A stretch of DNA of 63,844 nt, the filler included, from Craspedostauros australis (taxonomy: Eukaryota): NCBI GenBank assembly GCA_030167865.1. It is 4 parts of 4 records of this genome, joined end to end, with 100 filler letters (N's around TTAATTAATTAA, not from the genome) between each part and the next. Parts side by side here need not be neighbours in the genome. Positions count along the whole stretch, not along the records: positions 1 to 28,840 come from JALAGF010003280.1; positions 28,941 to 53,767 come from JALAGF010003282.1; 2 more parts are not named here. The stretch is one strand, 5' to 3'. Below the pieces are notes generated by a model. The model saw only the letters and a program-made list of their open reading frames with translations. It was not told the origin of the DNA and did not search any database. The position numbers and the translations under genes were made by a program. How positions within the stretch are numbered: position 1 is the first letter of the stretch; every line of letters begins with the position of its first letter. Positions 25,201 through 35,605 of this stretch are shown in pieces.

Positions 25201-28200
25201 AATGATGACGATGATGCCGACAGCAATGACGACGAGGAGATGCTCATGTTCACTTCACCACTGCCAATAGAACGGCAGCTCTATCCGTACAGCGTGCAAA
25301 CCAATTCCACCGTCTCCACACCGCCCACGACAATGACGTCGCCAAGCGCCGCAACCATGAGCAGCGGCTCCGTCATGCCGCTCACACCGCCAAGCCCCGA
25401 TGCAACAGCGGGCGATAACAAATCGAGATTCAGCACCATTCCTTCCAGCAGCACCAAGAAGGTCTACACCGGACGTCGCACTTTGGATCTTGGAGGTGGC
25501 GACGGTGACGACAACAGCGACGCAGCCCCGGGTCAGAAATCACGCGGCACCCTCATGATGTGGAAGGATCGTCGGGAGCGACGTCGCCAATGCATCTTCA
25601 TTGGAATTTGTGTTTGCTGCGCGATTCTCGCAGCTCTCGTTGTTGGATTGCTGTTTGGCTTGGACCTCAGCGATGGCAACACCAACCGTGTCGGCAGAGA
25701 TATCGACCCGCTGGTCGAGACTCAGGTCCCCTCATTGATGCCGTCGAACAACCCAAGCGCGATGGCTTCCGTCACACCAAGCGTCTCATTTGCACCGACT
25801 TCTTCAACGCAGCCAACTATGCCGCCAACAGTATCACAGCAGCCAACGACGCCTTCGCCAACAGCAAGTCCGACCATTCTTCAATCGGGGCAACCAACAA
25901 CCACACCGAGCAGCCATCCTTCACAGCAACCGACCTCTGCACCAACACGTTCCGACATCATTGTTATCTCAAACTACGAAGTCCTAGTCGAAAACGGAGC
26001 GGTGGAGGACATCCCAGCGGATCAATACACCGGCGATCTCATCGCAGCCATGGATCTCCTGTCGGAGGATGTGCTGCAAACTGTCCTGGTGTCAAGAGGC
26101 AGACGACGGTTGCAGGCACTGGACGAACCGCAACTGGAGATACCGAGCACGTTGGTCGAAACTGTGCCAGTCGTTGTCCCATGCGATCCACCCAATGACA
26201 CAGGCCGCTGCGAAGAGTGGACGGCACAGGTAAAACTCCTGCAAGCAGAACAGGCCGTCGGAGATATATTCGATGACTTCTTGCAAACCTCGGTGGCGTT
26301 GGGACGGTTGCAATTTTACCTGAATGAAGTCAATCCAGACGCTGTGGTCAGAATCTTGGACTTTCTGATCCGACCAACCTTCTATCCAACAGTCGCACCT
26401 GCCCATTTGAATGAGATGACGGACCAGCCGACGATACAGGCGAGCGAAGTGCCAACATCAACTCCAAACAATATGGGAAGCAAGTCGCCCACTGCCGAAC
26501 CAACGAGCATGCCAACCAGGAAAGCGAGCAAGACGCCGTCTGATATTCCAACAGGCACTCCAACACGATTCTTGAGCAGCTCTCCGTCCAACGTGCCGAC
26601 AGCGACGCCAACAACACTGTCGAGCAAGTCACCATCTAGCACTCCGACGATGATGCCGACGATGACGCCAACCACAATGCCAACTACGTTGCCAACCATA
26701 ATTCCAACCACATTGCCAACCACAATGCCAACTACGTTGCCAACCACAACTCCAACCACATTGCCAACCACATTGCCAACCGCAATTCCAACCACATTGC
26801 CAACTACATTGCCAACTACAATGCCAACTACAATGCCAACCGCAATTCCAACTACGTTGCCAAGCTTGATGCCATCGGCAGCAACACCGGAACCGACATC
26901 TGCCCCAACCGAAACTACGCCTGAGCCAACTTCGCGTGATCGCGTGGTCCGAATCCTGGAAGATGCCTCCTTCGATGGTGGAGCAGCAATGCGCGATCCA
27001 ACGACGGCTCAGAATTCCGCATTCCAATGGATACTCAGCAATAGCCGACTGGATTCGTACGATGACGAACGCATCATCCAACGATATGCCTTGGCGACTC
27101 TGTACTACAGCACCAAGGGAGACAGTTGGTCGAGGAGGACGAATTGGATTTCCGACATTGCGGAATGCACGTGGTACAGCAAGATCACTACTGGTTTTAC
27201 GTGCAATCGGGGGGATTACATCGCGGTTGATCTGGACTTCAACAACCTCGACGGCACGATCCCTCCGGAGCTGGCATTGTTATCCAATTCGCTCCAGCGT
27301 TTAGATTTGCGAGGTGGTCCCAATACTTTCCTAACTGGCAAGATCCCGACAGAGCTTGGTTACCTGACAGAACTGAGGGAACTGGTCCTGCGCGACAACT
27401 CCCTCACGGGCCCAGTCCCAACAGAACTCGGACAGCTCTCCAGGCTGACCTTCGTGGACATTTCGCGGAACCATCTGTCTGGCGATCTTCCGACCGAGAT
27501 CGGGAATTGGAAGGCACTGACGCATCTGGAGATCGCCGTGAACGAGATGGAAGGACAATTCCCCACCGAGATCGGCGCATTGAAGAAGCTGAAGAAGCTC
27601 TACCTGCAGAACAACAAGTTCGTTGGCGCATTCCCATCCGAAATCGGTCACTTGGGGAAGCTGGACACGTTGATCGCTGGCATGAACCGTTTCACAGGAA
27701 TGCCAGACGAGCTTGGCAATCTGTACAAGCTCGAGATGCTGGGGCTGGAGGACAATGTTATCGCCGGAACGATCCCAACCCAACTTGGGTGGCTGGAGAA
27801 GCTGAGAAGCCTGGAGCTGAACAACAACAAGTTGACCGGCCCCATCCCGGCCGAGCTCGGCGATCTGTATTCCACGCTGCGCGATCGAATGGACCTGTCC
27901 TTCAATCGGCTGAGCGGCAAGATTCCCACGGAACTCGCGTACTTGACCAGGCTGAGGGTCTTGTCCCTGCAACATAACTACCTGACAGGACAGATCCCGA
28001 GCGAGCTGCACGAACTGGATCGTCTGACGACTTTCCGCCTGGAGGGCAACGACATGTCCGGCGAGATCCCCGCGGAGGTGTGCGAGGTCTTCGACAGGAC
28101 TGCGCCTGCATTTTATTCCGATTGCGGAGAATTCCAAGGAGGTTGTCCGTGCTGCACGTTCTGCTGCAGCGACGATGATCCGGAATGCCGATGCGTGCAT

Positions 28201-28269
28201 GACGGTACACCTCTGCAGTATCTGTGCTATCAAACACGAACGGTTGTCGTTCCCGATGGTCTCGTGTAG
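22249..28269 (+). CDS. Type II membrane LRR receptor-like protein (no kinase), 2006 aa, with an extra RRRLQ-containing extracellular domain
   Basis: Disordered S/D/N-rich N-terminus, TM after RRERRR (CIFIGICVCCAILAALVVGLLFGL), PT stalks, QRYALATLYYSTKGDSW cap, LRRs, C-cap CPCCTFCC. Confidence 0.9.
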   Translation: MFRLLGGNRQRSNSNSNSNSNSHSNGDSNDDAGDADNRRSLSSINSQSNNSNSISNSVISSINSQSDNISANVSDDDSDARNPAAPLTSQQLAIGSPQGVELSSMNPSRNPSRDQSRNHPSRQPSDDSAGSSSSNTMYSTTGADDVHQPLQSRPAGSSPADSSTPGAQSSGSGGTFLSARSHASLSPDEAADLVSGRSTARHTPNDVNNNDGDDGIDDDDDDVYGRTSDFTASSLFSPPAILFSPPSAFLETPPNIDDMTQEQIAALRARNRQVEQTARTPAFVHQLRGQSALADLMSPPVPGMPMTPGALAMMTPNYTSDSDSDAGSVQEPFADQVKSLNALLTSPALRLGNLARAMSDSDEDEDNDDDLRMEQSNQEMALRMLQQELAEADESILMESPELLPKTAQHRQSPTFVAGSGDDNIDNVYEDDSDSDDIDDIDAPDSPMLMEELHAVTQQQQQQQQPSRRKADEVPNTPPDTKKPRRRLFESFSPAPSLATPAAKVQQETVDPKDVSFTSPQSWIQRLGLLGSAAKKPPQPLAKSDDLKLQGQVDTNINSSSAESSEGRDSIDRSGSFPSGPITPSPPKRKGGSPYNDYKMASMQLPSPIAPVHEEDDDDIHSLDSDEGNDTSMVPPNINLQSNAPMSQSSDAARSPSSIGMRSTLLPPADMSQSIANLENSLGATPRTPPSMVHATIAMQVADSDDEVDDDINSQHQMYLKQSMNSMASFGNTQQRRQLQPRMENDNEPHVTSVASLAAAAATLQGGTSLSLTERQPPSRPTVGYLPEPLSPSTPTSSTRPQPTRNSDLTGQSHRSVGTDNAVLGTPSIFPSLPTASPSSASSEGSSPDVRATTSTLTTGSATPSSDRSHLQGERRPKEGGTWLMNILSSINPTAANEPNSPLAASPISVRMDDNSSNEEDINENANNNNNNNNNSISNNESNESIEYDSENEFNRRSREGEASGVLDISNELSDNQNSMLNSSNDDDDADSNDDEEMLMFTSPLPIERQLYPYSVQTNSTVSTPPTTMTSPSAATMSSGSVMPLTPPSPDATAGDNKSRFSTIPSSSTKKVYTGRRTLDLGGGDGDDNSDAAPGQKSRGTLMMWKDRRERRRQCIFIGICVCCAILAALVVGLLFGLDLSDGNTNRVGRDIDPLVETQVPSLMPSNNPSAMASVTPSVSFAPTSSTQPTMPPTVSQQPTTPSPTASPTILQSGQPTTTPSSHPSQQPTSAPTRSDIIVISNYEVLVENGAVEDIPADQYTGDLIAAMDLLSEDVLQTVLVSRGRRRLQALDEPQLEIPSTLVETVPVVVPCDPPNDTGRCEEWTAQVKLLQAEQAVGDIFDDFLQTSVALGRLQFYLNEVNPDAVVRILDFLIRPTFYPTVAPAHLNEMTDQPTIQASEVPTSTPNNMGSKSPTAEPTSMPTRKASKTPSDIPTGTPTRFLSSSPSNVPTATPTTLSSKSPSSTPTMMPTMTPTTMPTTLPTIIPTTLPTTMPTTLPTTTPTTLPTTLPTAIPTTLPTTLPTTMPTTMPTAIPTTLPSLMPSAATPEPTSAPTETTPEPTSRDRVVRILEDASFDGGAAMRDPTTAQNSAFQWILSNSRLDSYDDERIIQRYALATLYYSTKGDSWSRRTNWISDIAECTWYSKITTGFTCNRGDYIAVDLDFNNLDGTIPPELALLSNSLQRLDLRGGPNTFLTGKIPTELGYLTELRELVLRDNSLTGPVPTELGQLSRLTFVDISRNHLSGDLPTEIGNWKALTHLEIAVNEMEGQFPTEIGALKKLKKLYLQNNKFVGAFPSEIGHLGKLDTLIAGMNRFTGMPDELGNLYKLEMLGLEDNVIAGTIPTQLGWLEKLRSLELNNNKLTGPIPAELGDLYSTLRDRMDLSFNRLSGKIPTELAYLTRLRVLSLQHNYLTGQIPSELHELDRLTTFRLEGNDMSGEIPAEVCEVFDRTAPAFYSDCGEFQGGCPCCTFCCSDDDPECRCVHDGTPLQYLCYQTRTVVVPDGLV
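26644..26865 (+). repeat. 12-nt coding minisatellite encoding PTT[L/M/I] mucin-like repeats
   Basis: Roughly 18 imperfect copies of ccaacYacaWtg, translating as PTTMPTTLPTIIPTTL... Confidence 0.9.
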
Positions 28270-28840
28270 AGTATTGGGGGAACAATCATTGTTGGCGAGG
28301 AGGGGATTAAGCAACAACAAAGATATGTACAGACACTAGTTAGAGAATATTAAGGCTAGAAAGGTTAGAACAGCTCCAGAATGGATGGTCGACGAGTTAC
28401 GAGCCATTCGCAAGAAGAGTGCAGAACAGCACACGATTGCGAATGGATGCGCCTGCGAGGGAGAAGCACGCTCTCATCAAGGGAACCGCGGTAAAGACCA
28501 TATAATGGTCGGATTTTGCTTTGCTCACGCTTGAGGCGTGTTGTACGGTTTTGGGATCTGTCGAGTCAAGCACTAATGGGATTACTAGATCACGCCTTTC
28601 CCGTGTCAACATGACGTTGCGCTTATTTACGTACGTGTTCGACATGTCCTGCACTGTGTGCCAATGCCAATGACGTCCGCTTCGCGCTCGTTCCACCCCT
28701 GTCGTGTCTGTTCCAAGACATGCCAATTTCCAGACCCACGACATCGCAGCGCTGTGTTCTTGCCAATATGGCAGTCCCGTACGACAGCCTCGCTTTCCGC
28801 ACAAATCTTGATTCGCAACAGCCGTTTGCGTTCTTCCGCT

Positions 28841-28940
28841 NNNNNNNNNNNNNNNNNNNNNNNNNNNNNNNNNNNNNNNNNNNNTTAATTAATTAANNNN
28901 NNNNNNNNNNNNNNNNNNNNNNNNNNNNNNNNNNNNNNNN
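28841..28940. other. Assembly gap spacer (44 N + TTAATTAATTAA + 44 N)
   Basis: Exactly 100 nt with an all-frame stop linker; an identical structure occurs three times in the window. Confidence 0.97.
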
Positions 28941-29342
28941 TTTCCTGGTAATTTCTGTGTATGGCACGTTGGCTGAAACCTCCATCGATGCAAGCACAGA
29001 TTGCAGTTATACCGTTTCATCTCTCTCTCTCTCTCTCTTTGTGTTGGTGTTGTTTGATGGATCATGGGCGCAACATCGAAGATTCGTTGTTTCAGGTGGC
29101 ATCAAGAATTGTTGGCGCGTTCGGTAGATACTCGTCTGTCTGTTGTCCGTCGTCGATTGCGCCTGAATGGAACCAGCTTGTGGCGTCTGCGAACACACAA
29201 AGCATCACCACTTTGGAGGACATCCATCAACGCAGTCGGACCAAACGAAAGCAGAGCGTACTGAGCTCTGCCCCCCAGAGAGAATGCGAGTATTGCGCTC
29301 ATGTCATCACCACATTGACAAGCATCGGAAATTGACTGCACA

Positions 29343-30380
29343 ATGATGGATTATCTATTGGCTCTGTTGGGCCTCACGTTCTTCATTGTGATCACAAGCG
29401 CGGTGTTGCTGATTTATCCCATCATCTTCCCAAGGATAGTGGAGTTCCCATGGAACATTCCGTCGAAGAAAGATCCGAGGACGGTGACGCTGGCAGGATC
29501 CTACAATCCGCCGCATCTGGGGCACATCGCGATGCTGCAGCATCTTGCGAAAAGGTGAGTTGCTCCGGAGTCGATGGCAACTTTATGTTGATTGAAGATC
29601 CGCCATTGATCGAAATCCTCTTCAAATTGCGGTCTTCTCACTTGCGTTACAATACCTTCTCTTTACTCCCCTCATTGACTCAAGCACACAATTTGGACCA
29701 GGCATGAGCGGGTTGTGGCGATCGTTGGATTCAACCCAAACAAGAAGTATGCGGTTTCGCCAACACAAAGGGTGGACCTCCTCAAAAGCATGCTGAAGGA
29801 GACATCGTCCGATGCTTCCATCACGGTGAAACGTGAGTGAGCTGCGGACGCGCGAACAGATCATACTCTCGTAGTGCGTTGATGATGACTGACTTGGATC
29901 GAGTAGAGTACTTTGCTCTGCATTGAACGTCTCAACGCGTGCACGACTGTATCGCTCTCTTGTCATACATGCCCATTGCAGTGTCTCATGTGTTGCATTT
30001 CTTTCTTTCTTCGCGGCGTGGTTGATTTTGTACGCGCCGACGCAGTGGTCGATGGATACATATGGCGATACGCCAAGGCGAACAACATCTCCTTGTTCTA
30101 CCGCGGCATTCGAAGCTGGGAGAAGGACGGTGGAGATGAGCGCGCCTTGCAGATTCTCAACACGTGGGGACCCATGTGTCTCGGCCCGTTGGTTTGGCCC
30201 ATCCCCACGCATTACCTGGAAGGTGATCCAAAGTACAACCACATTTCCTCGACACTGATACGCACGATCTGTTCCAAGAATGATGGTGACCAAAAGCAGC
30301 GGCAGAAGGAGTTGTCGAAGTTGGTACCAGAGGGTGTGACGTCAACGATTGCTCAATTCTACGGTGGGAAGCAAGATTGA
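29343..30380 (+). CDS. coaD: Bacterial-type phosphopantetheine adenylyltransferase with N-terminal hydrophobic anchor; exons 29343-29554, 29702-29832, 30046-30380
   Basis: AGSYNPPHLGH (HxGH motif), VVAIVGFNPNKKY..S..QRVDLLK, FYRGIRS and HISSTLIR match bacterial CoaD motifs. Both GT-AG introns preserve the frame. Confidence 0.85.
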
Positions 30381-32142
30381 CCGCAGTGCTATGCTAGTTT
30401 TGGGCGAACGATAGTGTTGAATCGCACCCACTGATGCAGCACAAATGATGCAGCACAGACGTTGCGCAGTCTTCAAATCGAAGCGATTTCATTTGTGTAT
30501 GTCTTGCAGCACCGAAGTATGCGTTGGGATGCTCCGCGAAAGACGATCATCCACTTCATTCAGTGTGGGAATGACCAAGATTTGATGTCCATCGTAAACA
30601 AACATGTTGAACGATCGTCACATTTCTTTTGCTGTACTACGACTATGCAACTCGACGCAGACTTCCCTATTCGCACCAACCACTTGCAGTGTATGAGTAT
30701 GCCAGCCAATGGTTAGGAATGGATCAATTCAACATCGGTCGACTCGTGCCAATAGTGTGGATGACTTGCTGTGCTTCCCTCCTCCCGCAGGAAGGAAAGA
30801 GAAGGAAGTTCTCTTGGCCAAATCGCCGCAATGATGTGCCGCGCATGGTATCTCACGACCGAGCGAGAAAGAGTATGGCTATGAACGATGAATAATGAAG
30901 AAAGTGGACTGAAGTCGTCGATCGCGACCCCTCGTCCGGCTCCCTCTCCTCATCATCGTGCATAGTGCCGACCTCCTGCCATGCTTCGATCACGATCCAC
31001 AACCATCATCTATCAAACACGAATCAGCTCGGCGGTAATTGCGCGATGAAATTCGATCGTTTGGCAGTCTTGTGATTCGTGATTCGGGTACCATCCACCG
31101 ACAAGACACAGACACACGAACAAAATGGCACAAGAACAACAACGGCTCGAATTGTGCAATCCGTGGTAGCGCGATACACACACACAACCGCGCGTATCCA
31201 CGACACGAAGTGCATGTGTGCGTGTTGCGTTTGTGGAGGCATTGTGCTTCGTGCGCGGCGCTGTGTGAGTACTCTCTGGGAACGGTTATGATCTCGCTCT
31301 CTAGAGAGAGTCTACGTGCGCTACGCGATGATGGAATGCGGAAAACAGTCCGTGCCCGCAGTCTTGGCGCACAGAGAGAAGCACCAACCAACACACGAAC
31401 ACGCCTGCGCCGCAATACCGATACGCGAAGCGGTAGATCGCAGAGAGCACCACAGGTCGCACGCACACACATCAACTCGCACGGCACGACCTATCTTGGA
31501 GACTGCCAAAGAGAGAGAGACGAAGACGGGCCAAATCAGGAGAGAGTGACAGTGCGAGAGACGAACAGGACGAATTGGGTCCTGCTTCTCCCCAACCATC
31601 CATCGATCGGTCTGCTGATTGGCATTTGGCGTCAGCGGCGAGCGGTTCTTCTCATCTCATTCTTCCATACCGAATCGTATCCATTCATCCATCCATCAAT
31701 CCGTCCATCCATCCATCGATTCTTTGCTTGTTTGTTGGTGTGCCTACTTGTTTGTTTATTTATTAATTCGGGTGCAAGGTCTGCTCTGGTTCCCACCGCA
31801 TCAGTGATCCAACGAACGCGAAGTTGGGCAAAGAGGCGGAAGAAGAGGCAACCAGGAAACAGAGTGCATCGGTTCTGTGGCGGCATTCGTATCGTTGCCG
31901 AAGACTCTGCTGCCATCTCTGTCGCCGCTTCTTTCCTGACAGAGCAAACGAAGAGCACGCAAGGGACAGTGGGCGCGGGGCCAATTGCATTCCACGGGCA
32001 TTGCGTTGCGCCAGACGCAAGCAATCCACAGGATCATTGCGCAGGTTGGACCGCACACTGCGACAATACAATTACATTCAGCGGAATACGCACCATACAA
32101 TACTGATTTAATCAGGGGAAGATCACATTCCAGCAAAGCGAC

Positions 32143-35100
32143 ATGCAGCCAGGTGAGTGGGTGATGGCTACGCCTTGCGCAACTGGAATTGCGGTTTCAC
32201 ATGCGATGGGATTCCGCACAAAGATGAAAGCATCGCCCTCTGTTCTGCCCTTACTTTCCATTCCATTCCTCACATCAGTTACTCTCCGCTTCTCGCTTCT
32301 CCTTTCTTTCTCCTGCGCAACTCCCAGGGACGGCCAGGATCAATGTTGACCGTTCCCCCAAGGGCGGTTTCAAGGACTGGCTCAAATCCATATCCGTACC
32401 TCCGGCCTTGACGGAAGGTGTGCCCGTGCTCAGAGTCTACGCCAACGGAAAGACCAAGTCCTGCTACCTCACCCTCAGCGAAGATCGATTCACGATATAT
32501 GTTTCATTGGAAAAGTACAACAAGCGGACCTTCGGGACCAAGCCAGGCATCTTTGGACGCCGCAAGACCAGCAGCGGCGATGAGCGTGCCATCTACATCG
32601 GTTCCGTCGATCGCATACAGCGCGGCGAGGCAACGCATAAGTTTGAACGGGCTCTCAAGTGAGTACATCGTTGTGGAGCCGACATCGTTGTGGAACCGAC
32701 AGCGCGGAGCAGCTGGGGACGTGCCTACTCTGCTACATTCCTGTTCTGTCGTGGCTGCTCAATCCATGTTTGCCTGTGCTCACAATGGGTCTGTCTTCCG
32801 TCGTGAAGACTCAGTGCACTCACCGTCTCATTCCCTTGCATACTTTCCTCACCATCCATCTCGGCACCATGCAATGCTACAATATTGCGCGCTGCCATCA
32901 CAGCAAAAAGGGGAAACAGGACTCGCAACGATCACTCATGACGAACAGATCCTACAGAGACGACGAAACCATCGACACCGCCACTTCCCTGAAGACAGAG
33001 CAATGCTTCTCCATCATCTTCCGTGGCGACTGGACCTTGGATCTCATGATGGCGGGACAGTCCAGGAATCTCATCGTCGACTGCCTCGACAGCCTCATCG
33101 AATGCTACAAACGACAGAAGGTCAAGATGGCCAGCGATGTGCTGCTCGTGCGTTACGTCTGGATGGACGATAAGGTGAGTCCGGGTATCCTCGTGCAGTC
33201 AGTGCCTGTCCATCTTTGTTGCATGCTCGCCAACCGCTCTGTCTTTGTCTGCGCAAGACAGAATCTGCATCAAGCGATGCAACGTTCACCACGCGACAAG
33301 CCTCTCATCGCATTCAACTGTGCACCCTCATATTCGCACTTGCACTTGCACACATCAACGTGTCACATGCCACATTGCCAATGCAGCAAGACAATAACAG
33401 CAGCATCAAATTCAATGAACTCGCTCGTTTACTCGAGAGAATAAACTACTACAAGAAACGGATCGATCTGCAGACGAATTATGACAAATTCGGACGGATG
33501 CTGGGTCTCAAACGGCACCAGCGCAACAGCGGTCTCACCTTCGAGGAATGCTGCACCTTCCTGCACAAGATCAAACGTGACAACTGGATAGTCAAACCGG
33601 TGCAGCAGATATGGAACAACCTCTTCGGAGAGTTCATGAACAACGGCAAACCTCGCATGACGGTCAGCGACAACACATTTTTGGAGCGATTTCTGCGGCA
33701 GAATCAGGGCGAGGAGGCCACAATTGAGGACGTGCGCAATCTCTTTGCACGGTTGCGTCAGGTCGAGGTGCCCATCGTCAGCGACGTGGGATTGCCCGAC
33801 GATCCATACCGGCTGGACAAGGCGCATTTCGAGGCCTTCCTCTACAGCACCGAGAATGATGCGTTTGACCCGTCGCGTGAAAAGTACTCCAGAAAGCGAA
33901 TGAACAGGCCGCTGTCGGAGTACTGGATCAACAGCAGCCACAACACCTACCTAACGGGCGATCAATTTACGTCGCACTCCAGCGTTGAGATGTACTCCAA
34001 CGCATTGTATCGTGGTTGCAGATGCCTCGAGCTGGACATTTGGGACGGCGACAACAATGAACCGGTGGTGTGGCACGGGCACACCATGACCACCAAAATC
34101 CTCTTCAAGGACATCATCAAGGCCATCCGCCTCTTCCTCAACTTCCATCCCGACAGCTTCCCCATCATCCTGTCGTTCGAGAATCATTGCAGCGTCGCCT
34201 ACCAAGAGGTGATGGCCGAACAGCTGGTCGCCATCCTGCGTGACTGCTTGTACATACCCAGCGATGCCATCCTCACCAAACCCCTGCCATCGCCAGCGCG
34301 GTTGCGTGGAATGGTCGTCATCAAGGGTCGGCGACCTGTGCTGGATGATGACGATGGAGAAGACACCGAGTACGACTCGGACGACGAGGATGGAACAGCA
34401 TCGGCCTCCGTGACGGATGATTCCAAGGTACGTGCACAGTGTGTTCCACTGCATTGCACTGCATTTCAAAAACACAGAAACTCTCCTCTCCTTCTCTGTG
34501 GTCGTCCCAGTGTTGTTGTGCAGCAACTGACCTCCATTCTTCAATCCTGCCCCCATTTTATTGCACACCCATCTCACGTTCTTACTCATTTCAACTTGAA
34601 TCAATGAATGAATGAACCAATGAACCCCACAGTTACAGTACATACAAAAGCAGACGGTGCGATATGGCGTTGCACCATCACTGGCGCGCTTGACGCTGTT
34701 TCATGGAACAAAGCACAAACGATGGGAGGACAGCCTGGCCTTCCAGCCGAACCACATGCATTCCTTCTCGGAGAACAAAGTTCGCTCCATGGCACGCAAA
34801 GGAGCCGGGTTGCAGTGGACGACATACAACACAACCAACATGTCACGAACGTACCCGGCAGGATCGAGGGTCGATTCCAGCAATTACTTGCCTATACTCC
34901 CGTGGTCAGTCGGTTGTCAGATGGTGGCCTTGAACTTCCAAACTTGCGACGCGGCCTTGCGATTGAACGATGGCCGTTTCCGTCAGAATGGAGGCTGCGG
35001 GTACGTCCTGAAACCATCGACGTTGCTGGCGATGCAGAAAAAGACTGGCGAGGAGGATACGTTGCCATTGAAACTGTCCGTCAAGATCCTGAGCGGATCC

Positions 35101-35493
35101 TGCCTGCCCAAACCAAAGGGCGCCGCGTCCGGCGACTGCATCAACCCGTACGTGCGGGTCTCCGTGTTTGACGTGAAGAACGGCGACAAGGAGACCTGCA
35201 CGACGTTCTCTACCAACCCAGTGTACAAGAACGGATTCTTCCCCATTTGGAACGAGGGGGTATTCCGATTCCTGGTGGAGAACTGGGCCGCTGCCATGAT
35301 CCAGCTATCCGTGTACAACAAGGACGTTGGTAAGGACGACTTCATCGCCAGCGCATCCATCCCCATCTCCTGCCTGCGGCGTGGATTGCGGAGCGTTAAA
35401 TTGTTCGATGCTTCCAACAGCACGAGCGGGGCATTCGACTTTGCATCGCTGCTGATCGAAGTCAAGACGAAGAACGTAATGGGTGAGATATGA
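32143..35493 (+). CDS. PLC: Phosphoinositide-specific phospholipase C (PH, EF-hand-like, X, Y, C2); exons 32143-32152, 32328-32658, 32904-33174, 33387-34427, ~34633-35493
   Basis: X box YWINSSHNTYLTGDQ...GCRCLELDIWDG...HGHT...PIILSFENHCS; Y box SRTYPAGSRVDSSNY...GCQMVALNFQT...NGGCGYVLKP; C-terminal C2. Splice sites keep the frame. The first 10-nt exon and the last acceptor are less certain. Confidence 0.93.
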
Positions 35494-35605
35494 CATATTT
35501 AACTCTAGCAATACGACTATAGAGCCATGATAGAAGAACTGTGCGGATGCACGCTATTGATATTCCTGAAACTGTTGATATAATAGTTGGGTGCCTGCGC
35601 CACAG

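Noticed and set aside
26644..26865. Regular short repeat array resembling a CRISPR or satellite
   Set aside because: No unique spacers; an in-frame 12-nt unit encoding a PT mucin stalk in a eukaryotic gene.
28885..28896. Palindromic TTAATTAATTAA flanked by Ns, repeated three times
   Set aside because: Artificial all-frame-stop scaffold linker, not a biological repeat or target site.
31039..32106. 355-aa ORF upstream of PLC
   Set aside because: No recognisable domain; it crosses (ATCC)n and T-rich microsatellite-like tracts and is more likely promoter, UTR or intron sequence.
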